In this document: positions 10,613-21,747 of the stretch, one piece after another
How the letters are laid out: every line of letters begins with the position of its first letter
Numbering within the stretch: the first letter of the stretch is position 1
Assembly: GCA_963765575.1 (NCBI GenBank)
Contig: CAVXWZ010000002.1
Location: forward strand, 448,001 to 512,000
Reading direction: 5' to 3'
DNA: 64,000 nucleotides
Source: an uncultured cyanobacterium
GTDB taxonomy: Bacteria > Cyanobacteriota > Cyanobacteriia > PCC-6307 > Cyanobiaceae
Position numbers and translations under genes: made by a program
Notes under the pieces: generated by a model
The model's database searches: none
Told to the model about the DNA's origin: nothing
What the model saw: the letters and a program-made list of their open reading frames with translations, nothing else

Positions 10613-11773
10613 TCAGCCCCCGAAGAAGAGGGGGAAGGCCAGCTTGAGGCCAGCGGTGACGAGCAGGTTGACCAGGGCGAGGGGCAGCAGAAACTTCCAG
10701 CCCAGGTCGAGCAGCTGGTCGATGCGCACCCGCGGGGTGGTCCAGCGCAGCAGGATCGCCAGGAAGACCAGCAGGTAGGCCTTCAGCACCGTCATGACGA
10801 TGCCCACCGAGGCCGTGATCACCTGCACCGCCGGCGCATCGATGGGCTGGCCCAGCCAGCCGGCCAACCACTCCACCGGCAGGGGGAAGCCCCAGCCGCC
10901 GAGGTAGAGCACCGACACCAGCAGCGCCGAGAGCACCAGGTTGATGTAGCTGCCCAGGTAGAAGAGGGCGAACTTCATGCCGGCGTATTCGGTCTGGTAG
11001 CCGGCCACCAGCTCCTCTTCGGCCTCGGGCAGGTCGAAGGGCAGGCGCTCGCACTCGGCCAGGGCGCAGATCCAGAAGATCAAAAAGCCCACCGGCTGGC
11101 GCCAGATGTTCCAGCTGAGGATGCCGGCACCCGACTGCTGGTTGACGATGTCGACGGTGCTGAGCGAGTTGCTCATCATCACCACCGCCAGCACCGCCAG
11201 CGCCAGGGGAATCTCGTAGCTGATCGACTGGGCCGCGGCCCGCAACCCCCCCAGCAGGGAATATTTGTTGTTGGAGGCGTAGCCGCTCATCAGCAGCCCG
11301 ATCGGCTGGATCGAGCTGAGGGAGATCCAGAGGAAGATGCCGATGCCCACGTTGCTGATCAGGAGGTGTTGCCCGAAGGGCACCACCAGCCAGCTGAGGA
11401 TCACCGGGATCAGCACCAGCACCGGCCCGAGGGTGAACAGCAGGCCATCGGCGCGGGCCGGAATGATGTCCTCCTTGAAAACCAGCTTGAGGCCGTCGGC
11501 GATCGGCTGCAGCACCCCCAGGGCGCCGGCGTATTCCGGACCGATGCGCTGCTGCACGGCGGCCGAGATCTTGCGCTCCAGCCACACGTTCACCAGCACG
11601 CCCACCACGGCCGCCACCAGCACCAGCACCATCGGCAGGGGCAGCCAGAGCAGGTGGGCTGCACCGGCGCTGAGGCCAAAACCCTGCAGCAGGGTCTCAA
11701 AACTGGCCTGGAGGTCGAGGCCTGGGGCCGCATCGAGACCCGGCGCGCTGCCGGGGGCCAGGGTGCTCACCAT
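10613..11773 (-). CDS. ndhA: NDH-1 subunit A (NuoH)
   Basis: [38 protein letters not shown]. Confidence 0.97.
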   Translation of the reverse strand: MVSTLAPGSAPGLDAAPGLDLQASFETLLQGFGLSAGAAHLLWLPLPMVLVLVAAVVGVLVNVWLERKISAAVQQRIGPEYAGALGVLQPIADGLKLVFKEDIIPARADGLLFTLGPVLVLIPVILSWLVVPFGQHLLISNVGIGIFLWISLSSIQPIGLLMSGYASNNKYSLLGGLRAAAQSISYEIPLALAVLAVVMMSNSLSTVDIVNQQSGAGILSWNIWRQPVGFLIFWICALAECERLPFDLPEAEEELVAGYQTEYAGMKFALFYLGSYINLVLSALLVSVLYLGGWGFPLPVEWLAGWLGQPIDAPAVQVITASVGIVMTVLKAYLLVFLAILLRWTTPRVRIDQLLDLGWKFLLPLALVNLLVTAGLKLAFPLFFGG

Positions 11774-11797
11774 GGGCACTGCTCAGATTGGGGAAAC

Positions 11798-12976
11798 TTA
11801 GCGGGCTTCGAGCGACTGCCACTGGCGCGGCAGCGGACCGGTGTAGATCTGCGAGGGCCGGAAGATGCGGTTGGCGCCCAGTTGCTCCTTCCAGTGGGCC
11901 AGCCAGCCGGCGGTGCGGGCGATGGCGAAGATCGGCGTGAACAGGTCGCGGGGGATGCCGAGCTTGCGGTACACCAGCCCGGAGTAGAAATCGACGTTGG
12001 GATAGATGCCCTTGGGCCCGAGCCGCACGGCGGCCGCCGCCTCAAGGTCGAGGGCCAGGTCGTAGAGGGGATCGGGGCCGAAGCGCTCGAACAGCTGCTC
12101 GGCCAGGCTCTGGAGGATCACGGCGCGGGGATCCTTGACCTTGTATTCGCGGTGACCGAAGCCCATGATCTTCTGGCGTTCGGCGATCGCCCGGTCCAGC
12201 CAGGGCTCCACCTGGTCGGCCGTGCCGATGGTTTCCAGCATGGTCAGCACGTCTTCGTTGGCGCCGCCGTGCAGGGGGCCGGCCAGGGTGCCCACGGCCG
12301 AAGCGACCACGGCGTAGGGGTCGGTGAGGGTGCTGGCGGTGACCCGGGCACTGAAGGTGCTGGCGTTGAGGCTGTGCTCGGCGTGGATGATCAGACAGGC
12401 ATCAAAGATGCGGGCCGCCAGGGGATCGGGCTCCCGCTCCGTGAGCATGTAGAGGAAGTTGGCGGCGTAGGGCAGGTCGTCGCGGGGCTGGATCGGATCC
12501 TGGCCTTTGCGGATCAGCTGGAAGGCCGCCACCATCGTGGGGATCTTGGCCAGCAGGCGCACCACGGCCCCGTAGATGTATTCGGGGTTGTCGAGGGCGC
12601 GGCGGGAATAGAAGAGGCCCAGAGAGGCGGCACTGGCCTGGAGCGCATCCATCGGATGGCCCTGGGCCGGGTAGCTCTTCATCATGTCGCGGATGCGGAA
12701 GCTCACCCGCCGGTGCATCTGCACCTCATGTTCAAATTCGCGCAGCTGCTCGGCGGTGGGTAAGTCGCCCCAGATCAGCAGGTAGGCGGTTTCCAGAAAG
12801 GTGCTCTGGGCCGCCAGGGCCGCGGTGTCGAAACCTCGGTAGGTGAGTTGGCCATCGCGCCCCTTGATGTCGCAGATCGCCGACTGGGTGGCCGGAACCC
12901 CCTCCAGCCCGGGGCGGAAGGGTGGGGCCGCCGCCGCGGGCGCCGTGGGGTCAACGCCTTGGCCAGCGCTGTGCAT
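11798..12976 (-). CDS. gltA: Citrate synthase
   Basis: GLEGV, HAEHSLNAST, GPLHGGAN, MGFGHR, PNVDFYSG. Confidence 0.96.
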   Translation of the reverse strand: MHSAGQGVDPTAPAAAAPPFRPGLEGVPATQSAICDIKGRDGQLTYRGFDTAALAAQSTFLETAYLLIWGDLPTAEQLREFEHEVQMHRRVSFRIRDMMKSYPAQGHPMDALQASAASLGLFYSRRALDNPEYIYGAVVRLLAKIPTMVAAFQLIRKGQDPIQPRDDLPYAANFLYMLTEREPDPLAARIFDACLIIHAEHSLNASTFSARVTASTLTDPYAVVASAVGTLAGPLHGGANEDVLTMLETIGTADQVEPWLDRAIAERQKIMGFGHREYKVKDPRAVILQSLAEQLFERFGPDPLYDLALDLEAAAAVRLGPKGIYPNVDFYSGLVYRKLGIPRDLFTPIFAIARTAGWLAHWKEQLGANRIFRPSQIYTGPLPRQWQSLEAR

Positions 12977-13053
12977 CGCGGTGTCACTCACGGGGCGGCG
13001 GACAGACAGGGCTCGGGCGACCCTACGGCCAGCCAAGGGCAGGCGCCGTAGCG

Positions 13054-13542
13054 CTAGCTGCCTGCCAGCAGCTGCCGGGGGCCCATCAGCAGCAGCAGCC
13101 GCCCCCGGGACCGCGCGTCGCCGGGGGAGCCCGCCAGTTGCAGCACGGCCACGCCAGCCTTCTTGAGCTGCAGCGCACCGGGCTCAGCGCCGATCAGCGC
13201 CGCCGCCAGCAGGCCCAGGTCGGGCTCATGACCCACCAGCGCCCACCGTTCCTGCCCCATCGCCTTGCGCAGCAGGGGCCAGGGGTCGCCGCCGGGAGCC
13301 AGTCCATCGGCCAACTGCAGGGCCGGCGCCAGGCCCCCGGCGCAGGCCAGCTCGGCGGTCTGGCGCGCCCGCTGGAGTGGACTGCTGAACAGGGCGGTGC
13401 AACCGAGATCGAGGCGCCGCAGCCGCTCCACCACCGCCTCGGTGCGGGTGCGGCCGGCGGGCGTGAGGGCCCGTTCGGCGTCGGGGCGCTCGGGGCTGCG
13501 CTCCTGGGCGATGCCGTGACGCAGCAGCAGCAGTTCAGCCAT
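13054..13542 (-). CDS. sixA: Phosphohistidine phosphatase SixA
   Basis: LRHG, SSPLQRARQTA, LVGHEP. Confidence 0.88.
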   Translation of the reverse strand: MAELLLLRHGIAQERSPERPDAERALTPAGRTRTEAVVERLRRLDLGCTALFSSPLQRARQTAELACAGGLAPALQLADGLAPGGDPWPLLRKAMGQERWALVGHEPDLGLLAAALIGAEPGALQLKKAGVAVLQLAGSPGDARSRGRLLLLMGPRQLLAGS

Positions 13543-15160
13543 AGCTCAGCCGGACCCGCAGGTGCACGGCCCCATCCTCGCCCTGCAGCGCCAGCGCCAG
13601 GCCCTGCACCGGCTCGGCCAGGGGCTGGCCGGCCAGGGCCGAGAGCAGGCGCCAGGGCAACCAGCCCGGCAGCAGCTCGCGGGCCGGCTGGGCGGCCAGG
13701 GCCCAGCGCAGCGGCGCGGCGGGGAGATCGAGCGCCGCCAGACGCTCCAGCAGCGGGCGGGGCACCTGGCGGGTCTGGCGCTGCTGGGCCAGGGACTCGA
13801 GGGAATCCGACCACCAGGCCCGCCCGTCCTGCTCCCGGCGGGCCGCCACCAGGGTGGCCTGGAGCTGGTCGGCGGGGGCGGCGCTGCGGGCGGCGGCGGC
13901 CTGCAGCCGAGTCCACACCTGCACGCTGTCGCCGTCCAGGTCGAGTGGGGCCGCGATCAGCCCATCGCCGGCCAGGCCCGCCTCCAGGCTGGCCGGATCG
14001 GGGGAGGTGGCCGGACTGCCCAGCAGCCAGCCGCCGGCCGAGCGCAGCACCAGCAGCGGCCCTTCCGCGGCCGCGGCCACCTGGGCGGGCAGGGGTTCGA
14101 GGCGCTGGTCGGCCCCGCCGAGCAGCCAGGGTTGCAGGCGGGCCAACCAGGGAGCGGGCCAGTGGGCCGGTTCGCGCAGCAGGGCCAGGCTGAGGCCCTC
14201 ACCGCGCACCGCCGCCAGGAGGGCCTCGCCATCGGCGCCACTGGCCCCGCTATCGCCCCTGGCCCCGCTGGCGCCAGCGCTGGCCGGGGGGAAGCCGGCG
14301 GAGAGCTCGTCGCCGGATCCAGGCGGCGGCGGCTCCAACCAGCCATCGAGCAGCAGATGCGGCCCGTCGGGGCGCAGGGCCGCCACCAGGGAGCCGCTGG
14401 AGGGCAGGGCCGGGCCCAGCCAGTCGGCCAGGGCCGGGGGCCGGCCCGTGAGCAGCAGCACCCCCTCCCCCAGGCGCTCGAGGGAGCGCTGGAAGGCCGG
14501 ATCGGCGGCCTGGTTGAGGTCGTCGATCTGGGACACATCGAGGGCCTGCTCCAGCGGCCCCCGGCCGGAGGCCAGCAGCACCAGGTCGTCGTCGATGAGG
14601 GCGGTGGCGATCGGCACCGGCCGGCTGCCCAGCAGGGCGCCGCGGCCGCTGATCAGGCCCATGCCCCGATAGCTGCTGACCTGCAGATCGGTGCCGGCCA
14701 GGCTGCGGGTCTGCCAGAAGCGCTGCAGGAAGCGGCGGGCGCCGTCGCCGTCGCGGCTGCTCAGGGCCAGCACCCAGCCAGCGGGGCGGCCCTCCTCGCC
14801 CGCCAGCACCCAGAGGCCGGTTTCAGGCCCCAGCCAGCCAGCCAGTTCGCCCGGATAGTCGAGGCCGGCGGCGGCGAAGGCACCATCGCGGAGACCGGCC
14901 AGGGCCGCCTGGGCGGCGGCGCGGCGGCGCGCTGGGGCCACGGCGCGGGCGTAGGCCAGGGGCTGGTCGGCGTCGCTGAGCAGGTAGAGGCTGAGGTCCA
15001 CATCCCGGGGCACGAAGCGCGCCGACCGCGGCAGCGTCAGGGCCCGGTGCTGCAGTTGCAGGGGGGAGCGCTGCCACACCAGCCACCAGGCCGCTCCGCC
15101 CAGGCCGAGCAGCACCAGGACCACCGTCAGCACCACCGCCAGAAATCGGCGGGCCTTCAT
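13535..15160 (-). CDS. DUF3352-like membrane-anchored protein
   Basis: MKARRFLAVV N-terminal TM; ARRFLQRFWQTRSLAGTDLQVSSYRGMGLISG block typical of picocyanobacterial homologues. Confidence 0.7.
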   Translation of the reverse strand: MKARRFLAVVLTVVLVLLGLGGAAWWLVWQRSPLQLQHRALTLPRSARFVPRDVDLSLYLLSDADQPLAYARAVAPARRRAAAQAALAGLRDGAFAAAGLDYPGELAGWLGPETGLWVLAGEEGRPAGWVLALSSRDGDGARRFLQRFWQTRSLAGTDLQVSSYRGMGLISGRGALLGSRPVPIATALIDDDLVLLASGRGPLEQALDVSQIDDLNQAADPAFQRSLERLGEGVLLLTGRPPALADWLGPALPSSGSLVAALRPDGPHLLLDGWLEPPPPGSGDELSAGFPPASAGASGARGDSGASGADGEALLAAVRGEGLSLALLREPAHWPAPWLARLQPWLLGGADQRLEPLPAQVAAAAEGPLLVLRSAGGWLLGSPATSPDPASLEAGLAGDGLIAAPLDLDGDSVQVWTRLQAAAARSAAPADQLQATLVAARREQDGRAWWSDSLESLAQQRQTRQVPRPLLERLAALDLPAAPLRWALAAQPARELLPGWLPWRLLSALAGQPLAEPVQGLALALQGEDGAVHLRVRLSYG

Positions 15161-15204
15161 GCATCCACAGCAGGATGGGCCCATCCTGCACCGGACCCAG
15201 GACC

Positions 15205-15549
15205 ATGAACACGCCGCTGAGCATCCCGGCCCGCGAGCTGCAGGAGCGGCTGCAGCGGGGTGAAACGATCCAGCTGGTGGATGTGCGCGAGGACCAGGAG
15301 CTGGGCCTGGCCCGGCTGCCCCATCCGGTGCTGCACCTGCCCCTGAGCCGTTCGCAGGAGTGGCTGGCTGGGCTGGAGCTGCGGCTGGAGCGCGACCGGC
15401 CGATCGCCGTGCTCTGCCATGCCGGCGTGCGCAGCTGGCAGTTTGGCTGCTGGCTGCTGGAGCAACAGGGCTATGAGCAGGTGTGGAACCTGCACGGCGG
15501 CATCGACGCCTGGAGCGTGGAGGTGGACCCGGCCGTGCCGCGCTACTGA
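15205..15549 (+). CDS. Rhodanese-like domain protein
   Basis: LVDVRE, CHAGVRS active-site loop, NLHGGIDAWS. Confidence 0.9.
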   Translation: MNTPLSIPARELQERLQRGETIQLVDVREDQELGLARLPHPVLHLPLSRSQEWLAGLELRLERDRPIAVLCHAGVRSWQFGCWLLEQQGYEQVWNLHGGIDAWSVEVDPAVPRY

Positions 15550-15613
15550 TCCCCGGCCCCCGGAGCTGGGCAGGGTCCCTACGATCACACCATCCTCCAC
15601 GTCGGGGCATCCG

Positions 15614-16603
15614 TTGCAGGCCCTCTCCCCTCGACAGCAGGAGGTGCTGAGCCTGGCGGTGCGCCACTACGTGGACACCATGGAGCCGGTGGGCAGCAAG
15701 ACGCTGGTGCGGCGCTTCGGGCTGGCCGCCAGCCCCGCCACCGTGCGTTCGGCGATGGGGGCCCTGGAGCAGCAGGGCCTGCTCACCCAGCCCCACGCCT
15801 CCGCGGGCCGCGTGCCCAGCCAGCAGGGCTACCGGCTCTACGTGGACCGGCTGCTGCCGCCCCCCGGCGCCGCCGCCCTGCAGCTGGAGCGCGACCTGGC
15901 CAACCTCAGCCTGCAGTGGCCGGGCCTCGACGACCTGCTGCTGCAGCTGGGCCGACGACTGACGGACCTCACCGGCCTGCTGAGCCTGATCACCCGGCCG
16001 CGGCGGCCGCAGCCGCAGCCGCAGCTCCAGGCCCTGCGCCTGGTGCCGAGCGGCGAACGGCTGCTGGTGTTCCTGGTGCATGGGGCCACCCAGACCAGCA
16101 GCCACAACCTGCGCCTGCCCGCCGGCGCCGCCATCGAGCTGTCGGTGCTGGAGCGCTGGGCCAACGACCAGCTGCACGGCGGCGGCGCCATCACCTGGCG
16201 GCATCTGCCCCGGGAACTGGCCACCAGCGGCCGGCTGTTGCGGCTGCTGGTGGAATCGCAGCAGGCCGCCGGCCCAGGGCCCGGCGGCGAGGCGGTGGCC
16301 AGCGGACTGGGCAAACTGCTGGCCCAGCCCGACTTCAGCCACACCGCCAGCCTGCGGCCGCTGTTGCAGCTGGTGGAGGAGCAGCCCGAGCAGGTGCTGG
16401 GCCCCAGCCCCAAGGCCGTGTGGATCGGCGATGAACACCCCCATGCGGCGCTGGCGGCCTGCGCGGTGGTGCAGGCCGCCTACCGCAGCGGTGATGGGGG
16501 GGTGGGCCACGTGGCGTTGATCGGGCCGATGCGCATGGCTTACGCCACGGCCACGGCAGCCGTGCGCTCAGTGGCCTCTAGCCTGCAGCGACTGCTGAGC
16601 TGA
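15614..16603 (+). CDS. hrcA: Heat-inducible transcription repressor HrcA
   Basis: EPVGSKTL, SPATVRSAM, QPHASAGRVPS..GYRLYVD, IGPMRMAY. Confidence 0.92.
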   Translation: MQALSPRQQEVLSLAVRHYVDTMEPVGSKTLVRRFGLAASPATVRSAMGALEQQGLLTQPHASAGRVPSQQGYRLYVDRLLPPPGAAALQLERDLANLSLQWPGLDDLLLQLGRRLTDLTGLLSLITRPRRPQPQPQLQALRLVPSGERLLVFLVHGATQTSSHNLRLPAGAAIELSVLERWANDQLHGGGAITWRHLPRELATSGRLLRLLVESQQAAGPGPGGEAVASGLGKLLAQPDFSHTASLRPLLQLVEEQPEQVLGPSPKAVWIGDEHPHAALAACAVVQAAYRSGDGGVGHVALIGPMRMAYATATAAVRSVASSLQRLLS

Positions 16604-16615
16604 GGCCGCAAGCCG

Positions 16616-17446
16616 ATGACCTATTGCCTGGGCTTCCTGCTGGAGGCAGGGCTGGTGATGGCATCGGACTGCCGCACCAATGCTGGCGTGGACTACATCT
16701 CCAGCTACCGGAAGATGCACATCTTCCGGCCCTCCGACGATCGCCTGATGGTGCTGCTGGCGGCGGGCAACCTGGCCACCACCCAGGCGGTGCTGAACCG
16801 CATCCAGCGCGATCTGGACCGGGCCCAGCAGGGCGGGGCAGGGGGCAGTGGCCGTAGCGGCGGAGATGGCGAGAGTGGCAGCGAGCAGAAGCGGGTGGGT
16901 TCGCTGCTGGATGCCGACTATTTATTTGAGGTGGCCGACTACGTGGGGCGGATCAGCCGCGAGGTGCAGGCGGAGTTCAAGCCGGTCCTGTCCCAGGCGG
17001 GTGCCAGCGGTTCGGCATCGTTCATCCTCGGCGGCCAGATCGCCGGCCAGCCCCATGGGCTGTTCATGATCTACCCCCAGGGCAACGCGGTGATGGCCAC
17101 CAGCGAAACCCCGTTCCTGCAGATCGGCGAGAGCAAATACGGCAAACCGGCGCTCGACGGACTGGCCAGCACCGAGCTGTCGCTGGAGGATGCGGCCAGG
17201 CTGTGTCTGGTGTCGCAGGTGATCACCCGGCGCTCCAACCTCACCGTGGGGCCGCCCTTCGATCTGGTGATGCTGCGGCGCGACGAACTGCGCATCGCCC
17301 AGCAGCTGCGGCTGGGCCAGGATTCAGCTGCCCTGCAGAGCTTCATGACCACCTGGGTGGAGGCCCAGCGGGAGGCCCTGGAACGGCTGCCGCGCTTCCC
17401 CTGGGAGCCCGAAGGGCATGGGGGAGACGCCTGGGCGAGCCTCTGA
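16616..17446 (+). CDS. Proteasome-type Ntn protease (Anbu family)
   Basis: MTYC N-terminal Thr, SDCRTNAGVD, ILGGQI, IYPQGN, QIGESKYGKP, SNLTVGPP. Confidence 0.9.
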   Translation: MTYCLGFLLEAGLVMASDCRTNAGVDYISSYRKMHIFRPSDDRLMVLLAAGNLATTQAVLNRIQRDLDRAQQGGAGGSGRSGGDGESGSEQKRVGSLLDADYLFEVADYVGRISREVQAEFKPVLSQAGASGSASFILGGQIAGQPHGLFMIYPQGNAVMATSETPFLQIGESKYGKPALDGLASTELSLEDAARLCLVSQVITRRSNLTVGPPFDLVMLRRDELRIAQQLRLGQDSAALQSFMTTWVEAQREALERLPRFPWEPEGHGGDAWASL

Positions 17447-17490
17447 GAGCAGGGGGGCCCCAGGGCGGGAGGACTGGAGCAGGCGGACCG

Positions 17491-17530
17491 TCGGCAACTG
17501 CCTTTGCTCGGCAACTTGCCTTTGCTCGGC
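17491..17530. repeat. Tandem 17/18-bp repeat in Anbu-trpB convergent spacer
   Basis: TCGGCAACTGCCTTTGC, TCGGCAACTTGCCTTTGC, TCGGC. Confidence 0.8.
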
Positions 17531-17651
17531 TGCTGTGCTCATCAGCGCATTGGCGTTGATGACCGATCTCCACGCCACATTGACGTCTTCTGACAATGGG
17601 CGGCACTGATTGATCACTGGATCACAGTCGCATTCCAGAGACGGAAGATGA

Positions 17652-18926
17652 TCAGGCCTCGCCCAGCCGCTCGGCCACCGTGTTGACATCCTTGTCGCCG
17701 CGGCCGGAGAGGTTGAGCACCACCTCGGTGCCGGGGGCCAGGGTGGGGCAGAGGGCGTCGAGGGCCGCGAAGGCGTGGGCGGTCTCCAGGGCCGGGATGA
17801 TGCCCTCCAGCTCGCTCACCCGCTGCAGGGCCTTGAGCGCCTCGTCATCGCTCACGGCCAGATACTCGGCCCGGCCGATCTCGCGCAGGTAGCTGTGCTC
17901 GGGGCCGACGCCGGGGTAGTCGAGGCCGGCGCTGATCGAGTGGGCTTCCTGCACCTGGCCCTCGGCGTCCTGGAGCAGCAGGCTCATGGCCCCGTGCAAC
18001 ACGCCCACCCGGCCCTCGGTGATCGTGGCGGCATGGCGGCCGCTGGCGACGCCCTCCCCGGCCGCCTCCACACCGATCATCCGCACGCCGGTGTCCTGCA
18101 CGAAGGGATGGAACAGCCCCATGGCGTTGGAACCGCCGCCCACGCAGGCCACCAACACATCCGGCAGGCGGCCGAAGGCTTCCTGGCACTGGGCTTTGGC
18201 CTCCTTGCCGATGCAGGCGTGGAAATCACGCACCAGCATCGGGTAGGGGTGGGGGCCGGCCACCGAGCCGAGGATGTAGTGGGTGCTCTCCACATTGGTC
18301 ACCCAGTCGCGGATCGCCTCACTGGTGGCGTCCTTGAGGGTGGCGCTGCCGGCGGTCACCGGCTGCACCGTGGCGCCGAGCAGGCGCATGCGGAACACGT
18401 TGAGGGCCTGGCGGCGCATGTCCTCGGCGCCCATGTACACCACGCACTCGAGGCCGAAGCGGGCGCAGACCGTGGCGGTGGCCACGCCGTGCTGACCGGC
18501 GCCGGTCTCGGCGATCACCCGCTGCTTGCCCATGCGCAGGGCCAGCAGGGCCTGGCCGAGGGCGTTGTTGATCTTGTGGGCGCCGGTGTGGTTGAGGTCC
18601 TCGCGCTTCAGCCACAGGCGCGGACCACCCTCGGGGCGGGCGTAGTGCTCGGTGAGCCGCTCGGCCTCATACAGCGGTGTGGGCCGGCCCACGTAGGTGC
18701 GCAGCAGGTGGTTGAGCCGATCGGTGAAGGCGGGATCGGCCCAGGCTTCGGCTGCCGCCACCTCCAGCTCCGCCAGGGCGGGCATCAGCGTTTCGGGCAC
18801 GTACTGGCCGCCGTAGCGGCCGAAGCGACCCGCAGGGGTGGGGCGCATCGCCGGCTCCAGGGCGCTGGAAGCTGCGGGCGAGGACGCGCTGGCGGAGAAC
18901 GCGGCGGAGGGAACGGTGCTGGTCAC
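17652..18926 (-). CDS. trpB: Tryptophan synthase beta chain
   Basis: [41 protein letters not shown] start estimated. Confidence 0.97.
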   Translation of the reverse strand: MTSTVPSAAFSASASSPAASSALEPAMRPTPAGRFGRYGGQYVPETLMPALAELEVAAAEAWADPAFTDRLNHLLRTYVGRPTPLYEAERLTEHYARPEGGPRLWLKREDLNHTGAHKINNALGQALLALRMGKQRVIAETGAGQHGVATATVCARFGLECVVYMGAEDMRRQALNVFRMRLLGATVQPVTAGSATLKDATSEAIRDWVTNVESTHYILGSVAGPHPYPMLVRDFHACIGKEAKAQCQEAFGRLPDVLVACVGGGSNAMGLFHPFVQDTGVRMIGVEAAGEGVASGRHAATITEGRVGVLHGAMSLLLQDAEGQVQEAHSISAGLDYPGVGPEHSYLREIGRAEYLAVSDDEALKALQRVSELEGIIPALETAHAFAALDALCPTLAPGTEVVLNLSGRGDKDVNTVAERLGEA

Positions 18927-19025
18927 GCGCGGGCCACCGGAACAGATCAGTGGTGCCAGCGTAGGCAGGGAGGCCACCTGGACCGGGCAAAGGCGGCCAA
19001 GGGCAAGCGAGGGGGCTGGGGGAGG

Positions 19026-19379
19026 ATGGCTGCGAACAGGGGCGACGCGATGGGCAGCAAGGGCAGCTGGCAGGAGTTCGGCAGCCTCGGCCGCCCGGCC
19101 AGCCTGGAGCGCCCGGCCGCAGCCCCCACCCCCCGGGCCCAGCAGCGGGTGCGGGTGCAGCGCACCAAGGCGGGCAAGGGGGGGAAGCTGGTGACCGCGA
19201 TCAGCGGGCTGGAGGCGCCGGAGGCCGAGCTCAAGGCCCTGCTGAAGCAGCTCAAGGCTGCCGCCGGCACGGGCGGCAGCGCCAAGGACGGCGTGATCGA
19301 GCTGCAGGGCGACCAGGTGGCGGCTGCACTGGCGGCCCTGGAAGCGGCCGGCTACCGCCCCAAGCAGGCGGGGGGCTGA
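19026..19379 (+). CDS. SUI1/YciH-family translation factor
   Basis: [38 protein letters not shown]-terminal part of ORF 17775..19379. Confidence 0.88.
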   Translation: MAANRGDAMGSKGSWQEFGSLGRPASLERPAAAPTPRAQQRVRVQRTKAGKGGKLVTAISGLEAPEAELKALLKQLKAAAGTGGSAKDGVIELQGDQVAAALAALEAAGYRPKQAGG

Positions 19380-19425
19380 GGGCTCACAGGGGACAATGGC
19401 CCCCAGCCCGACCGCCGCTGCCCGC

Positions 19426-20043
19426 ATGACCGCCAGCTCCGCCACCAACATCGTTTGGCACCACAGCACGGTGACGCGGGAGGCACGGGCCCACCAGCGC
19501 GGCCACCGCAGCGCCATCCTCTGGTTCACCGGGCTCAGCGGCGCCGGCAAGAGCACCCTCGCCAATGCCGTCAATTCGGCCCTGTTCGAGCAGGGTCTGA
19601 CCTGCTACGTGCTCGATGGCGACAACATCCGCCATGGCCTCTGCACCGACCTGGGCTTCGCCGATGCCGACCGCGAGGAGAACATCCGCCGCATCGGCGA
19701 GGTGGCCAAGCTGTTTCTCGATGCCGGCGTGGTGGTGCTCACCGCCTTCGTGTCGCCGTTCAAGGCCGATCGCGACAAGGTGCGGGCCCTGGTGAGCGAG
19801 GGCGATTTCATCGAGATCTTCTGTGACGCCGGCCTGGAGGTGTGCGAGCAGCGCGACACCAAGGGGCTCTATGCCAAAGCGCGGGCCGGGGAGATCAAGC
19901 ACTTCACGGGGATTTCAAGCCCCTATGAGGCGCCGGATCACTGCGAGCTGCGGGTGCAGACCGGAGCGGCAAGCCTCGACGACTGCGTGGCGCAGGTGCT
20001 GGCACTGCTGCAGAAGCTGGGAATCATTACCCAGGGGGGCTGA
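19426..20043 (+). CDS. cysC: Adenylyl-sulfate kinase
   Basis: [36 protein letters not shown]. Confidence 0.96.
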   Translation: MTASSATNIVWHHSTVTREARAHQRGHRSAILWFTGLSGAGKSTLANAVNSALFEQGLTCYVLDGDNIRHGLCTDLGFADADREENIRRIGEVAKLFLDAGVVVLTAFVSPFKADRDKVRALVSEGDFIEIFCDAGLEVCEQRDTKGLYAKARAGEIKHFTGISSPYEAPDHCELRVQTGAASLDDCVAQVLALLQKLGIITQGG

Positions 20044-21094
20044 CGCGCAGCCGCTCGCCCCAGGCATCAAGAAAGGTCTTGCCGCAGCTCGCCAGCGGCA
20101 CCGCCAGCAGCAACCCGAGCAGGTTCCCGAACCCCAGCAGGCTGCCCAGCCGTGCCCCCATTGGCAGGCAGATCAGCAGCCAGGCCGGCTGCAGGCCCAC
20201 GATCTTGCCCATCAGCCGCGGCTGGATGCCCTGGTCAACGATCTGGCCCACGCCGATGGCCGCCAGCAGCACCTCCAGGCCGGTGCGGGGGTCGTTGAGG
20301 GCCAGCAGTCCGCTCACCAGCACGATCGTGACTGAGCTGGCAAAGGGAATCAGCGTGGTGAAGCCGATCAGCACGGCGAACAGCACGCCGTAGGGAATCG
20401 CCAGCAGCGTGAACACCAGCATCTGCAGGCTGCTGAGAATCAGGGCCAGCAGCACCTGGCCGGCGAAGTAGCCCCGGAAGGTGCGGCCCAGGGTGGCCAG
20501 CACCAGGGCCCGCAGCCCCGGCGCCAGCCACTGGGCCAGGCCGGCAGTGATGCGCTCGCCGCCCAGCAGCAGGAACACCGCCAGCACCAGCACGATCACC
20601 GTGTTCACCGTGAGGCCCACCGTGGCCCCCAGCAGGCTGAGCAGGCGCTGACTCACCTGGCTGGCCAGCTTGCTGAGGCGGGTGAGCAGCTCGCTGCTGA
20701 GGTTGCCGAAGTCGGTGGGGATGCCCTGGTCGCTGGCCCAGCCCTCCAGCGCATCGAGCCACAGTTCACCCCGGGCCAGCCAGCCCGGCAGGGCGTTCAC
20801 CAGGCCGCCCAGCTGCTCGATCAGCAGCGGCACCAGCACCAACAGCGCCAGCACCAACGCCCCCAGGGCCACCCCCAGCACCAGCGCCATGGCCAGGGGC
20901 CGGGGCAGGCCCCGCTGCCGCAGCCAGCGGCTGGGGATGTCGAGCAGGAAGGCGAACAGGGCCGCGGTGACGAACAGGGCCGGGAACGGCGCCAGGGGCA
21001 GCAGCAGCTGGCGCAGCACCCAGAGGTTGAGCACCAGCAGGGGCAGGGCCAGGCCGGCCTTCAGCCAGGGGGGCAGCTCCAGGCGTTCAAGCAT
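20027..21094 (-). CDS. AI-2E family transporter
   Basis: Multi-TM protein; RGYFAGQ, IQPRLMG, GLLLAVPL. Confidence 0.85.
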   Translation of the reverse strand: MLERLELPPWLKAGLALPLLVLNLWVLRQLLLPLAPFPALFVTAALFAFLLDIPSRWLRQRGLPRPLAMALVLGVALGALVLALLVLVPLLIEQLGGLVNALPGWLARGELWLDALEGWASDQGIPTDFGNLSSELLTRLSKLASQVSQRLLSLLGATVGLTVNTVIVLVLAVFLLLGGERITAGLAQWLAPGLRALVLATLGRTFRGYFAGQVLLALILSSLQMLVFTLLAIPYGVLFAVLIGFTTLIPFASSVTIVLVSGLLALNDPRTGLEVLLAAIGVGQIVDQGIQPRLMGKIVGLQPAWLLICLPMGARLGSLLGFGNLLGLLLAVPLASCGKTFLDAWGERLRVSPPG

Positions 21095-21159
21095 GGGGTG
21101 TGTGGCGGTGGGGGCGAGGCGCTTGGCTGTGATGCGCTGAGATCAAAGACTGAGGCGGT

Positions 21160-21702
<543 letters not shown>

Positions 21703-21747
21703 GGGGCAAGGGCGGAGGATGGGGGCATTGTCGTGCCTGCCGCCGCG

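Noticed and set aside
10484..12763. Long antisense/alternate-frame ORFs (e.g. 759 aa here, also 21160..22626, 41422..42963, 53688..55406)
   Set aside because: Shadows of real genes caused by high GC3. Only the terminal parts matching known motifs (purE, prfB leader, SUI1) were kept
15549..15614. CIRCE operator near hrcA
   Set aside because: No TTAGCACTC-N9-GAGTGCTAA match seen
13535..16510. 991-aa minus-strand ORF as one protein
   Set aside because: The N-terminal part is antisense to hrcA/rhodanese; the credible gene starts at 15160
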